Source: Antedon mediterranea | Taxonomy: Eukaryota; Animalia; Echinodermata | Direction of reading: 5' to 3' | Length of the DNA: 64,000 bases | NCBI RefSeq assembly: GCF_964355755.1 | Contig: NC_092677.1 | Location: 21,501,175 to 21,565,174 of the forward strand | Shown here: one piece after another, positions 1 to 12,900 of the stretch | How the letters are laid out: each line of letters opens with the position of its first letter | Position numbering within the stretch: the stretch's first letter is position 1 | Program-made: the position numbers and the translations under genes | Notes under the pieces: model-generated | What the model was told of the DNA's origin: nothing | Seen by the model: only the letters and a program-made list of their open reading frames with translations | Database searches by the model: none

Positions 1-1149
1 GACCATTTTGAGCATTTCGAAAAAACTTTTTCACACAAAACATCAAAGTTTACAAAATAGCTTCAAATCGCATTTGGAGACGTTTTAGACCATTTTGTGA
101 TTTTCGAAAAAACTTGTTAACATAAAAACACCAAAGTGCTCAGAATACCTTCAAATCGCATTTTGAGACGTTTTAGACCATTTTGTGATTTTCGAAAAAA
201 CTTGTTAACTTAAAAACACCAAAGTGCTTAGAAAATCTTCAAATCGCATTTGGTGACGTTTTAGACCATTTTGAGCATTTCGATAAAATTTTACACACAA
301 AAACATCAAAGTGCACAAAATAGCTTAATATGGTATTTAAAAACGTTTTAGACCATTTTGAGCATTTCGACAAAGCTTTTTCTCACAAAACATCAAAGTG
401 TACAGAATAGCTTCAAATCGCATTTGGAGACGTTTTAGACCATTTTGTGCATTTCGATGAAACTTGGTTACACAAAAACATCAAAGTGCTTAAAATCACA
501 TTTTGAGCATTTCGTTAAAACTGTTCACACAAAAACATCAAAGAGCAAAAAATAGCTTTATATCGTATTTAAAAACGTTTTAGACAATTTTGAGCATTTC
601 GACAAAACTTTTTCACACAAAACATCAAAGTGTACAGAATAGCTTTAAATCGCATTTGGAGACTTTTTAGACCATTTTGTTCATTTCGATGAAACTTGGT
701 TACATAAAAACATCAAATTGCACAAAATGGCTTAATATGGTATGGGAAAACGTTTTAGACCATTTTGAACATTTCGAGAAAACTTTTTCACACAAAACTT
801 CAAAGTGTACAGAATAGCTTCAAATCGCATTTGAAACCGTTTTAGACCATTTTGAGCATTTCGAAAAAACTTTTTAACACAAAACATCAAAGTTTACAAA
901 ATAGCTTCAAATCGCATTTGGAGACGTTTTAGACCATTTTGTGATTTTCGAAAAAACTTGTTAACATAAAAACACCAAAGTGCTTAGAAAAGTTTCAAAT
1001 CGCATTTGGAGACGTTTTAGACCATTTTGTTCATTTCGATGAAACTTGGTTACACAAAAACATCAAATTGCACAAAATGGCTTAATATGGTATGGGAAAA
1101 CGTTTTAGACCATTTTGAACGTTTCGAGAAAACTTTTTCACACAAAACT

Positions 1150-4100
1150 TCAAAGTGTACAGAATAGCTTCAAATCGCATTTGGAGACGTTTTAACCCAT
1201 TTTGAGCATTTCGATAAAATTTTACACACAAAAACATCAAAGTGCACAAAATAGCTTAATATGGTATTTAAAAACGTTTTAGACCATTTTGAGCATTTCA
1301 ACAAAACTTTTTCTCACAAAACATCAAAGTGTACAGAATAGCTTCAAATCGCATTTGGAGACATTTTAGACCATTTTGTGCATTTCGATGAAACTTGGTT
1401 ACACAAAAACATCAAAGTGCTTAAAATCACATTTTGAGCATTTCGTTAAAACTTTTCACACAAAAACATCAAAGTCCACAAAATAGCTTAATATCGTATT
1501 TAAAAACGTTTTAGACCATTTTGAGCATTTCGAAAAAACTTTTCCACACAAAACATCAAAGTTTACAAAATAGCTTCAAATCGCATTTGGAGACGTTTTA
1601 GACCATTTTGTGATTTTCGAAAAAAACTTGTTAACAAAAAAACACCAAAGTGCTCAGAATACCTTCAAATCGTGTTTTGAGACGTTTTAGACCATTTTGT
1701 AATTTTCGAAAAAACTTGTTAACATAAAAACACCAAAGTGCTCAGAATACCTTCACATCGCATTTTGAGACGTTTTAGACCATTTTGTGATTTTCGAAAA
1801 AACTTGTTAACATAAAAACACCAAAGTGCTTAGAAAAGCTTGAAATCGCATTTGGAGACGTTTTAGACCATTTTGTGAATTTCGATGAAACTTGGTTAAA
1901 GTGCTTAAAATCACATTTTGAGCATTTCGTTAAAACTTTTCACACAAAAACATCAAAGAGTAAAAAATAGCTTAATATCGTATTTAAAAACGTTTTAGAC
2001 CATTTTGAGCATTTCGACAAAATTTTTTCACACAAAACATCAAAGTGTACAGAATAGCTTTAAATCGCATTTGGAGACGTTTTAGACCATTTTGTTCATT
2101 TCGATGAAACAAAAACACAAAAACATCAAATTGCACAAAATGGCTTAATATGATATGGGAAAACGTTTTAGACCATTTTGAACATTTCGTTAAAAGTTTT
2201 CACAAAAAAACATCAAAGTCCACAAAATAGCTTAATATCGTATTTAAAAACGTTTTAGACCATTTTGAGCATTTCGAAAAAACTTTTTCACACAAAACAT
2301 CAAAGTTTACAAAATAGCTTCAAATCGCATTTGGAGACGTTTTAGACCATTTTGTGATTTTCGAAAAAACTTGTTAACATAAAAACACCAAAGTGCTCAG
2401 AATACCTTCAAATCGCATTTTGAGACGTTTTAGACCATTTTGTGATTTTCGAAAAAACTTGTTAACATAAAAACACCAAAGTGCTCAGAATACCTTCAAA
2501 TCGTGTTTTGAGACGTTTTAGACCATTTTGTGATTTTGGAAAAACTTGTTAACATAAAAACACCAAAGTGCTCAGAATACCTTCAAATCGCATTTGGAGA
2601 CGTTTTAGACCATTTTGTGATTTTCGAAAAAACTTGTTAACATAAAAACACCAAAGTGCTCAGAAAAGCTTCAAATCGCAATTGGAGACGTTTTAAACCA
2701 TTTTGTTCATTTCGATGAAACTTGGTTACACAAAAACATCAAATTGCACAAAATGGCTTTATATTGTATGGGAAAACGTTTTAGACCATTTTGAACATTT
2801 CGAGAAAACTTTTTCACACAAAACTTCAAAGTGTACAGAATAGCTTCAAATCGCATTAGAAACCGTTTTAGACCATTTTGAGCATTTCGAAAAAACTTTT
2901 TCACACAAAACATCAAGGTTTACAAAATAGCTTCAAATCGCATTTGGAGACGTTTTAGACCATTTTGTGATTTTCGAAAAAACTTGTTAACATAAAAACA
3001 CCAAAGTGCTCAGAATACCTTCAAATCGCATTTTGAGACGTTTTAGACCATTTTGTGATTTTCGAAAAAACTTGTTAACATAAAAATACCAAAGTGCTCA
3101 GAATACCTTCAAATCGTGTTTTAAGACGTTTTAGACCATTTTGTGATTTTCGAAAAAACTTGTTAACATAAAAACACCAAAGTGCTCAGAATACCTTCAA
3201 ATCGCATTTGGAGACGTTTTAGACCATTTTGTGATTTTCGAAAAAACTTGTTAACATAAAAACACCAAAGTGCTCAGAATACCTTCAAATCGTGTTTTGA
3301 GACGTTTTAGACCATTTTGTAATTTTCGAAAAAACTTGTTAACATAAAAACACCAAAGTGCTCAGAAAACCTTCACATCGCATTTTGAGACGTTTTAGAC
3401 CATTTTGTGATTTTCGAAAAAACTTGTTAACATAAAAACACCAAAGTGCTTAGAAAAGCTTGAAATCGCATTTGGAGACGTTTTAGACCATTTTGTGCAT
3501 TTCGATGAAACTTGGTTACACAAAAACATCAAAGTGCTTAAAATCACATTAGAAACCGTTTTAGACCATTTTGAGCATTTCGTTAAAACTTTTCACACAA
3601 AAACATCAAAGTCCACAAAATAGCTTAATATCGTATTTAAAAACGTTTTAGACCATTTTGAGCATTTCGAAAAAACTTTTCCACACAAAACATCAAAGTT
3701 TACAAAATAGCTTCAAATCGCATTTGGAGACGTTTTAGACCATTTTGTGATTTTCGAAAAAACTTGTTAACATAAAAACACCAAAGTGCTCAGAATACCT
3801 TCAAATCGTATTTTGAGACGTTTTAGACAATTTTGTGATTTTCGAAAAAACTTGCTAACATAAAAACACCAAAGTGCTTAGAAAAGCTTCATATCGCATT
3901 TGGAGACGTTTTAGACCATTTTGTGCATTTCGATGAAACTTGGTTACACAAAAACATCAAAGTGCTTAAAATCACTTTTTGAGCATTTCGTTAAAACTTT
4001 TCACACAAAAACATCAAAGAGCAAAAAATAGCTTAATATCGTATTTAAAAACGTTTTAGACCATTTTGAGCATTTCGACAAAACTTTTTCACACAAAACA

Positions 4101-7100
4101 TCAAAGTGTACAAAATAGCTTCAAATCGCATTTGGAGACGTTTTAGACAATTTTGTGATTTTCGAAAAAACTTGTTTACATAAAAACACCAAAGTGCTAA
4201 GAATAGCTTCCAATCGCATTTGGAGACGTTTTAGACCCTTTTGTGCATTTCGATGAAACTTGGTTACACAAAAACATCAAAGTGCTTAAAATCACATTAG
4301 AAACCGTTTTAGAACATTTTGAGCATTTCGTTAAAATTTTTCACAGAAAAACATCAAAGAGCAAAAAATAGCTTAATATCGTATTTAAAAACGTTTTAGA
4401 CCATTTTGAGCATTTCGACAAAACTTTTTCACACAAAACAACAAAGTGTACAGAATAGCTTCAAATCGCATTTGGAGACGTTTTAACCCATTTTGAGCAT
4501 TTCGATAAAATTTTACACACAAAAACATCAAAGTGCACAAAATAGCTTAATATGGTATTTAAAAACGTTTTAGACCATTTTGAGCATTTCAACAAAACTT
4601 TTTCTCACAAAACATCAAAGTGTACAGAATAGCTTCAAATCGCATTTGGAGACGTTTTAGACCATTTTGTGCATTTCGATGAAACTTGGTTACACAAAAA
4701 CATCAAAGTGCTTAAAATCACATTTTGAGCATTTCGTTAAAACTTTTCACACAAAAACATCAAAGTCCACAAAATAGCTTAATATCGTATTTAAAAACGT
4801 TATAGACCATTTTGAGCATTTCGAAAAAACTTTTCCACACAAAACACCAAAGTGCTCAGAATACCTTCAAATCGCATTTGGAGACGTTTTAGACCCTTTT
4901 GTGCATTTCGATGAAACTTGGTTACACAAAAACATCAAAGTGCTTAAAATCACATTAGAAACCGTTTTAGACCATTTTGAGCATTTCGTTAAAATTTTTC
5001 ACAGAAAAACATCAAAGAGCAAAAAATAGCTTAATATCGTATTTAAAAACGTTTTAGACCATTTTGAGCATTTCGACAAAACTTTTTCACACAAAACATC
5101 AAAGTGTACAGAATAGCTTCAAATCGCATTTGGAGACGTTTTAACCCATTTTGAGCATTTCGATAAAATTTTACACACAAAAACATCAAAGTGCACAAAA
5201 TAGCTTAATATGGTATTTAAAAACGTTTTAGACCATTTTGAGCATTTCAACAAAACTTTTTCTCACAAAACATCAAAGTGTACAGAATAGCTTCAAATCG
5301 CATTTGGAGACATTTTAGACCATTTTGTGCATTTCGATGAAACTTGGTTACACAAAAACATCAAAGTGCTTAAAATCACATTTTGAGCATTTCGTTAAAA
5401 CTTTTCACACAAAAACATCAAAGTCCACAAAATAGCTTAATATCGTATTTAAAAACGTTTTAGACCATTTTGAGCATTTCGAAAAAACTTTTCCACACAA
5501 AACATCAAAGTTTACAAAATAGCTTCAAATCGCATTTGGAGACGTTTTAGACCATTTTGTGATTTTCGAAAAAAACTTGTTGACATAAAAACACCAAAGT
5601 GCTCAGAATACCTTCAAATCGTGTTTTGAGACGTTTTAGACCATTTTGTAATTTTCGAAAAAACTTGTTAACATAAAAACACCAAAGTGCTCAGAATACC
5701 TTCACATCGCATTTTGAGACGTTTTAGACCATTTTGTGATTTTCGAAAAAACTTGTTAACATAAAAACACCAAAGTGCTTAGAAAAGCTTGAAATCGCAT
5801 TTGGAGACGTTTTAGACCATTTTGTGAATTTCGATGAAACTTGGTTAAAGTGCTTAAAATCACATTTTGAGCATTTCGTTAAAACTTTTCACACAAAAAC
5901 ATCAAAGAGTAAAAAATAGCTTAATATCGTATTTAAAAACGTTTTAGACCATTTTGAGCATTTCGACAAAATTTTTTCACACAAAACATCAAAGTGTACA
6001 GAATAGCTTTAAATCGCATTTGGAGACGTTTTAGACCATTTTGTTCATTTCGATGAAACAAAAACACAAAAACATCAAATTGCACAAAATGGCTTAATAT
6101 GATATGGGAAAACGTTTTAGACCATTTTGAACATTTCGTTAAAAGTTTTCACAAAAAAACATCAAAGTCCACAAAATAGCTTAATATCGTATTTAAAAAC
6201 GTTTTAGACCATTTTGAGCATTTCGAAAAAACTTTTTCACACAAAACATCAAAGTTTACAAAATAGCTTCAAATCGCATTTGGAGACGTTTTAGACCATT
6301 TTGTGATTTTCGAAAAAACTTGTTAACATAAAAACACCAAAGTGCTCAGAATACCTTCAAATCGCATTTTGAGACGTTTTAGACCATTTTGTGATTTTCG
6401 AAAAAACTTGTTAACATAAAAACACCAAAGTGCTCAGAATACCTTCAAATCGTGTTTTGAGACGTTTTAGACCATTTTGTGATTTTGGAAAAACTTGTTA
6501 ACATAAAAACACCAAAGTGCTCAGAATACCTTCAAATCGCATTTGGAGACGTTTTAGACCATTTTGTGATTTTCGAAAAAACTTGTTAACATAAAAACAC
6601 CAAAGTGCTCAGAAAAGCTTCAAATCGCAATTGGAGACGTTTTAAACCATTTTGTTCATTTCGATGAAACTTGGTTACACAAAAACATCAAATTGCACAA
6701 AATGGCTTTATATTGTATGGGAAAACGTTTTAGACCATTTTGAACATTTCGAGAAAACTTTTTCACACAAAACTTCAAAGTGTACAGAATAGCTTCAAAT
6801 CGCATTAGAAACCGTTTTAGACCATTTTGAGCATTTCGAAAAAACTTTTTCACACAAAACATCAAGGTTTACAAAATAGCTTCAAATCGCATTTGGAGAC
6901 GTTTTAGACCATTTTGTGATTTTCGAAAAAACTTGTTAACATAAAAACACCAAAGTGCTCAGAATACCTTCAAATCGCATTTTGAGACGTTTTAGACCAT
7001 TTTGTGATTTTCGAAAAAACTTGTTAACATAAAAATACCAAAGTGCTCAGAATACCTTCAAATCGTGTTTTGAGACGTTTTAGACCATTTTGTGATTTTC

Positions 7101-7227
7101 GAAAAAACTTGTTAACATAAAAACACCAAAGTGCTCAGAATACCTTCAAATCGCATTTGGAGACGTTTTAGACCATTTTGTGATTTTCGAAAAAACTTGT
7201 TAACATAAAAACACCAAAGTGCTCAGA
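1150..7227 (+). repeat. ~2.1 kb block duplicated at offset 3949 bp (approx. 1150-3278 and 5099-7227)
   Basis: The rare variants TTAACCC (1192/5141) and the 45-bp monomer (1866/5815) repeat at this offset. The identical ORF-track entries at 2707 and 6656 share it too. Confidence 0.85.
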
Positions 7228-9950
7228 AAAGCTTCAAATCGCATTTGGAGACGTTTTAAACCATTTTGTTCATTTCGATGAAACTTGGTTACACAAAAAT
7301 ATCAAAGAGCACAAAAGTATTTAAAAACGTTTTAGACCATTTTGAGCATTTCGAAAAAACTTTTTCACACAAAACATCAAGGTTTACAAAATAGCTTCAA
7401 ATCGCATTTGGAGACGTTTTAGACCATTTTGTGATTTTCGAAAAAACTTGTTAACATAAAAACACCAAAGTGCTCAGAATACCTTCAAATCGCATTTTGA
7501 GACGTTTTAGACCATTTTGTGATTTTCGAAAAAACTTGTTAACATAAAAATACCAAAGTGCTCAGAATACCTTCAAATCGTGTTTTAAGACGTTTTAGAC
7601 CATTTTGTGATTTTCGAAAAAACTTGTTAACATAAAAACACCAAAGTGCTCAGAATACCTTCAAATCGAATTTGGAGACGTTTTAGACCATTTTGTGATT
7701 TTCGAAAAAACTTGTTAACATAAAAACACCAAAGTGCTCAGAAAAGCTTCAAATCGCATTTGGAGACGTTTTAAACCATTTTGTTCATTTCGATGAAACT
7801 TGGTTACACAAAAATATCAAAGAGCACAAAAGTATTTAAAAACGTTTTAGACCATTTTGAGCATTCCGACAAAACTTTTTCACACAAAACATCAAAGTGT
7901 ACAGAATAGCTTTAAATCGCATTTGGAGACGTTTTAGACCATTTTGTAGTTTTCGAAAAAACTTGTTAACATAAAAACACAAAAGAGCTTCAAATCGCAT
8001 TTGGAGACGTTTTAGACCCTTTTGTGCATTTCGATGAAACTTGGTTACACAAAAACATCAAAGTGCTTAAAATCACATTAGAAACCGTTTTAGACCATTT
8101 TGAGCATTTCGTTAAAACTTTTCATACAAAAACATCAAAGTCCACAAAATAGCTTAATATCGTATTCAAAAACGTTTTAGACCATTTTGAGCATTTCGAA
8201 AAAACTTTTCCACACGAAACATCAAAGTTTACAAAATAGCTTCAAATCGCATTTGGAGACGTTTTAGACCATTTTGTGATTTTCGAAAAAACTTGATAAC
8301 ATAAAAACACCAAAGTGCTCAGAATACCTTCAAATCGTGTTTTGAGACGTTTTAGACCATTTTGTAATTTTCGAAAAAACTTGTTAACATAAAAACACCA
8401 AAGTGCTCAGAATACCTTCACATCGAATTTTGAGACGTTTTAGACCATTTTGTGATTTTCGAAAAAACTTGTTAACATAAAAACACCAAAGTGCTTAGAA
8501 AAGCTTGAAATCGCATTTGGAGACGTTTTAGACCATTTTGTGCATTTCGATGAAACTTGGTTACACAAAAACATCAAAGTGCTTAAAATCACATTTTGAG
8601 CATTTCGTTAAAACTTTTCACACAAAAACATCAAAGTCCACAAAATAGCTTAATATCGTATTTAAAAACGTTTTAGACCATTTTGAGCATTTCGAAAAAA
8701 CTTTTCCACACAAAACATCAAAGTTTACAAAATAGCTTTAAATCGCATTTGGAGACGTTTTAGACCATTTTGTTCATTTCGATGAAACAAAAACACAAAA
8801 ACATCAAATTGCACAAAATGGCTTAATATGATATGGGAAAACGTTTTAGACCATTTTGAACATTTCGTTAAAAGTTTTCACAAAAAAACATCAAAGTCCA
8901 CAAAATAGCTTAATATCGTATTTAAAAACGTTTTAGGCCATTTTGAGCATTTCGAAAAAACTTTTTCACACAAAACATCAAAGTTTACAAAATAGCTTCA
9001 AATCGCATTTGGAGACGTTTTAGACCATTTTGTGATTTTCGAAAAAACTTGTTAACATAAAAACACCAAAGTGCTCAGAATACCTTCAAATCGCATTTGG
9101 AGACGTTTTAGACCATTTTGTGATTTTCGAAAAAACTTGTTAACATAAAAACACCAAAGTGCTCAGAATACCTTCAAATCGTGTTTTGAGACGTTTTAGA
9201 CCATTTTGTGATTTTGGAAAAACTTGTTAACATAAAAACACCAAAGTGCTCAGAATACCTTCAAATCGCATTTGGAGACGTTTTAGACCATTTTGTGATT
9301 TTCGAAAAAACTTGTTAACATAAAAACACCAAAGTGCTCAGAAAAGCTTCAAATCGCAATTGGAGACGTTTTAAACCATTTTGTTCATTTCGATGAAGCT
9401 TGGTTACACAAAAACATCAAATTGCACAAAATGGCTTAATATGGTATGGGAAAACGTTTTAGACCATTTTGAACATTTCGAGAAAACTTTTTCACACAAA
9501 ACTTCAAAGTATACAGAATAGCTTCAAATCGCATTAGAAACCGTTTTAGACCATTTTGAGCATTTCGAAAAAACTTTTTCACACAAAACATCAAAGTTTA
9601 CAAAATAGCTTCAAATCGCATTTGGAGACGTTTTAGACCATTTTGTGATTTTCGAAAAAACTTGTTAACATAAAAACACCAAAGTGCTCAGAATACCTTC
9701 AAATCGCATTTTGAGACGTTTTAGACCATTTTGTGATTTTCGAAAAAACTTGTTAACATAAAAATACCAAAGTGCTCAGAATACCTTCAAATCGTGTTTT
9801 GAGACGTTTTAAACCATTTTGTGATTTTCGAAAAAACTTAACATAAAAACACCAAAGTGCTCAGAATACCTTCAAATCGCATTTTGGAGACGTTTTAGAC
9901 CATTTTGTGATTTTCGAAAAAACTTGTTAACATAAAAACACCAAAGTGCT
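1150..9950 (+). repeat. HOR variant domain A (first block)
   Basis: Diagnostic variants GATGAAACAAAAACAC, TATGATATGGGA, TCGTGTTTTGAG, GCTTGAAATC and TTTTCCACAC occur here. Boundaries are approximate. Confidence 0.7.
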
Positions 9951-12900
9951 TAGAAAATCTTCAAATCGCATTTGGAGACGTTTAAGACCATTTTGTTCAT
10001 TTCGATGAAACTTGGTTACACAAAAACATCAAAGAGCACAAAAGAGCGTTTTAGACCATTTTGAGCATTTCGACAAAACTTTTTCACACAAAACATCAAA
10101 GTGTACAGAATAGCTTTAAATCGCATTTGGAGACGTTTTAGACCATTTTGTGGTTTTCGAAAAAACTTGTTAACATAAAAACACAAAAGAGCTAAGAATA
10201 GCTTCAAATCGCATTTGGAGACGTTTTAGATCCTTTTGTGCATTTCGATGAAACTTGGTTACACAAAAACATCAAAGTGCTTAAAATCACATTAGAAACC
10301 GTTTTAGACCATTTTGAGCATTTCGTTAAAACTTTTCACACAAAAACATCAAAGTCCACAAAATAGCTTAATATCGTATTTAAAAACGTTTTAGACCATT
10401 TTGAGCATTTCGAAAAAACTTTTTCACACAAAACATCAAAGTTTACAAAATAGCTTCAAATCGCATTTGGAGACGTTTTAGACCATTTTGTGATTTTCGA
10501 AAAAACTTGTTAACATAAAAACACCAAAGTGCTTAGAAAATCTTCAAATCGCATTTGGAGACGTTTAAGACCATTTTGTTCATTTCGATTAAACTTGGTT
10601 ACACAAAAACATCAAAGAGCACAAAAGAGCTTAATATCGTATTTAAAAACGTTTTAGACCATTTTGAGCATTTCGACAAAACTTTTTCAAACAAAACATC
10701 AAAGTGTACAGAATAGCTTTAAATCGCATTTGGAGACGTTTTAGACCATTTTGTAGTTTTCGAAAAAACTTGTTAACATAAAAACACAAAAAAGCTAAGA
10801 ATAGCTTCAAATCGCATTTGGAGACGTTTTAGACCCTTTTGTGCATTTCGATGAAACTTGGTTACACAAAAACATCAAAGTGCTTAAAATCACATTAGAA
10901 ACCGTTTTAGACCATTTTGAGCATTTCGTTAAAACTTTTCAGACAAAAACATCAAAGTCCACAAAATAGCTTAATATCGTATTTAAAAACGTTTTAGACC
11001 ATTTTGAGCATTTCGAAAAAACTTTTTCACACAAAACATCAAAGTTTACAAAATAGCTTCAAATCGCATTTGGAGACGTTTTAGACCATTTTGTGATTTT
11101 CGAAAAAACTTGTTAACATAAAAACACCAAAGTGCTCAGAATACCTTCAAATCGCATTTTGAGACGTTTTAGACCATTTTGTGATTTTTGAAAAAACTTG
11201 TTAACTTAAAAACACCAAAGTGCTTAGAAAATCTTCAAATCGCATTTGGTGACGTTTTAGACCATTTTGAGCATTTCGATAAAATTTTACACACAAAAAC
11301 ATCAAAGTGCACAAAATAGCTTAATATGGTATTTAAAAACGTTTTAGACCATTTTGAGCATTTCGACAAAGCTTTTTCTCACAAAACATCAAAGTGTACA
11401 GAATAGCTTCAAATCGCATTTGGAGACGTTTTAGACCATTTTGTGCATTTCGATGAAACTTGGTTACACAAAAACATCAAAGTGCTTAAAATCACATTTT
11501 GAGCATTTCGTTAAAACTGTTCACACAAAAACATCAAAGAGCAAAAAATAGCTTAATATCGTATTTAAAAACGTTTTAGACCATTTTGAGCATTTCGACA
11601 AAACTTTTTCACACAAAACATCAAAGTGTACAGAATAGCTTTAAATCGCATTTGGAGACGTTTTAGACCATTTTGTTCATTTCGATGAAACTTGGTTACA
11701 CAAAAACATCAAATTGCACAAAATGGCTTAATATGGTATGGGAAAACGTTTTAGACCATTTTGAACATTTCGAGAAAACTTTTTCACACAAAACTTCAAA
11801 GTGTACAGAATAGCTTCAAATCGCATTTGAAACCGTTTTAGACCATTTTGAGCATTTCGAAAAAACTTTTTCACACAAAACATCAAAGTTTACAAAATAG
11901 CTTCAAATCGCATTTGGAGACGTTTTAGACCATTTTGTGATTTTCGAAAAAACTTGTTAACATAAAAACACCAAAGTGCTCAGAATACCTTCAAATCGCA
12001 TTTGGAGACGTTTTAGACCATTTTGTGATTTTCGAAAAAACTTGTTAACATAAAAACACCAAAGTGCTTAGAAAAGCTTCAAATTGCATTTGGAGACGTT
12101 TTAGACCATTTTGTGCATTTAGATGAAACTTGGTTACACAAAAACATCAAAGTGCTTAAAATCACATTTTGACCATTTCGTTAAAACTTTTCACACAAAA
12201 ACATCAAAGAGTAAAAAATAGCTTAATATCGTATTTAAAAACGTTTTAGACCATTTTGAGCAATTCGACAAAACTTTTTCTCACAAAACATCAAAGTGTA
12301 CAGAATAGCTTCAAATCGCATTTGGAGACGTTTTAGACCATTTTGTAGTTTTCGTAAAAACTTGTTAACATAAAAAGACAAAAGAGCTTCAAATCGCATT
12401 TGGAGACGTTTTAGACCCTTTTGTGCATTTCGATGAAACTTGGTTACACAAAAACATCAAACTGCTTAAAATCACATTAGAAACCGTTTTAGACCATTTT
12501 GAGCATTTCGTTAAAACTTTTCAGACAAAAACATCAAAGTCCACAAAATAGCTTAATATCGTATTTAAAAACGTTTTAGACCATTTTGAGCATTTCGAAA
12601 AAACTTTTTCACACAAAACATCAAAGTTTACAAAATAGCTTCAAATCGCATTTGGAGACGTTTTAGACCATTTTGTGATTTTCGAAAAAACTTGTTAACA
12701 TAAAAACACCAAAGTGCTCAGAATACCTTCAAATCGCATTTTGAGACGTTTTAGACCATTTTGTGATTTTTGAAAAAACTTGTTAACTTAAAAACACCAA
12801 AGTGCTTAGAAAATCTTCAAATCGCATTTGGTGACGTTTTAGACCATTTTGAGCATTTCGATAAAATTTTACACACAAAAACATCAAAGTGCACAAAATA

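Noticed and set aside
508-526. CENP-B-box-like TTTCGTTAAAAC
   Set aside because: It matches only the TTCG....A half of the motif and lacks the essential CGGG.
2707-2916. 69-aa ORF, with an identical copy at 6656-6865
   Set aside because: It is a chance reading of 87-bp (29-codon) monomers, with an internally repetitive K/F-rich translation and no gene context. The two copies are identical because of the 3949-bp duplication.
10016-10207. 63-aa ORF on the minus strand
   Set aside because: It is satellite translation spanning a deletion monomer, with a non-ATG start and no independent coding evidence.
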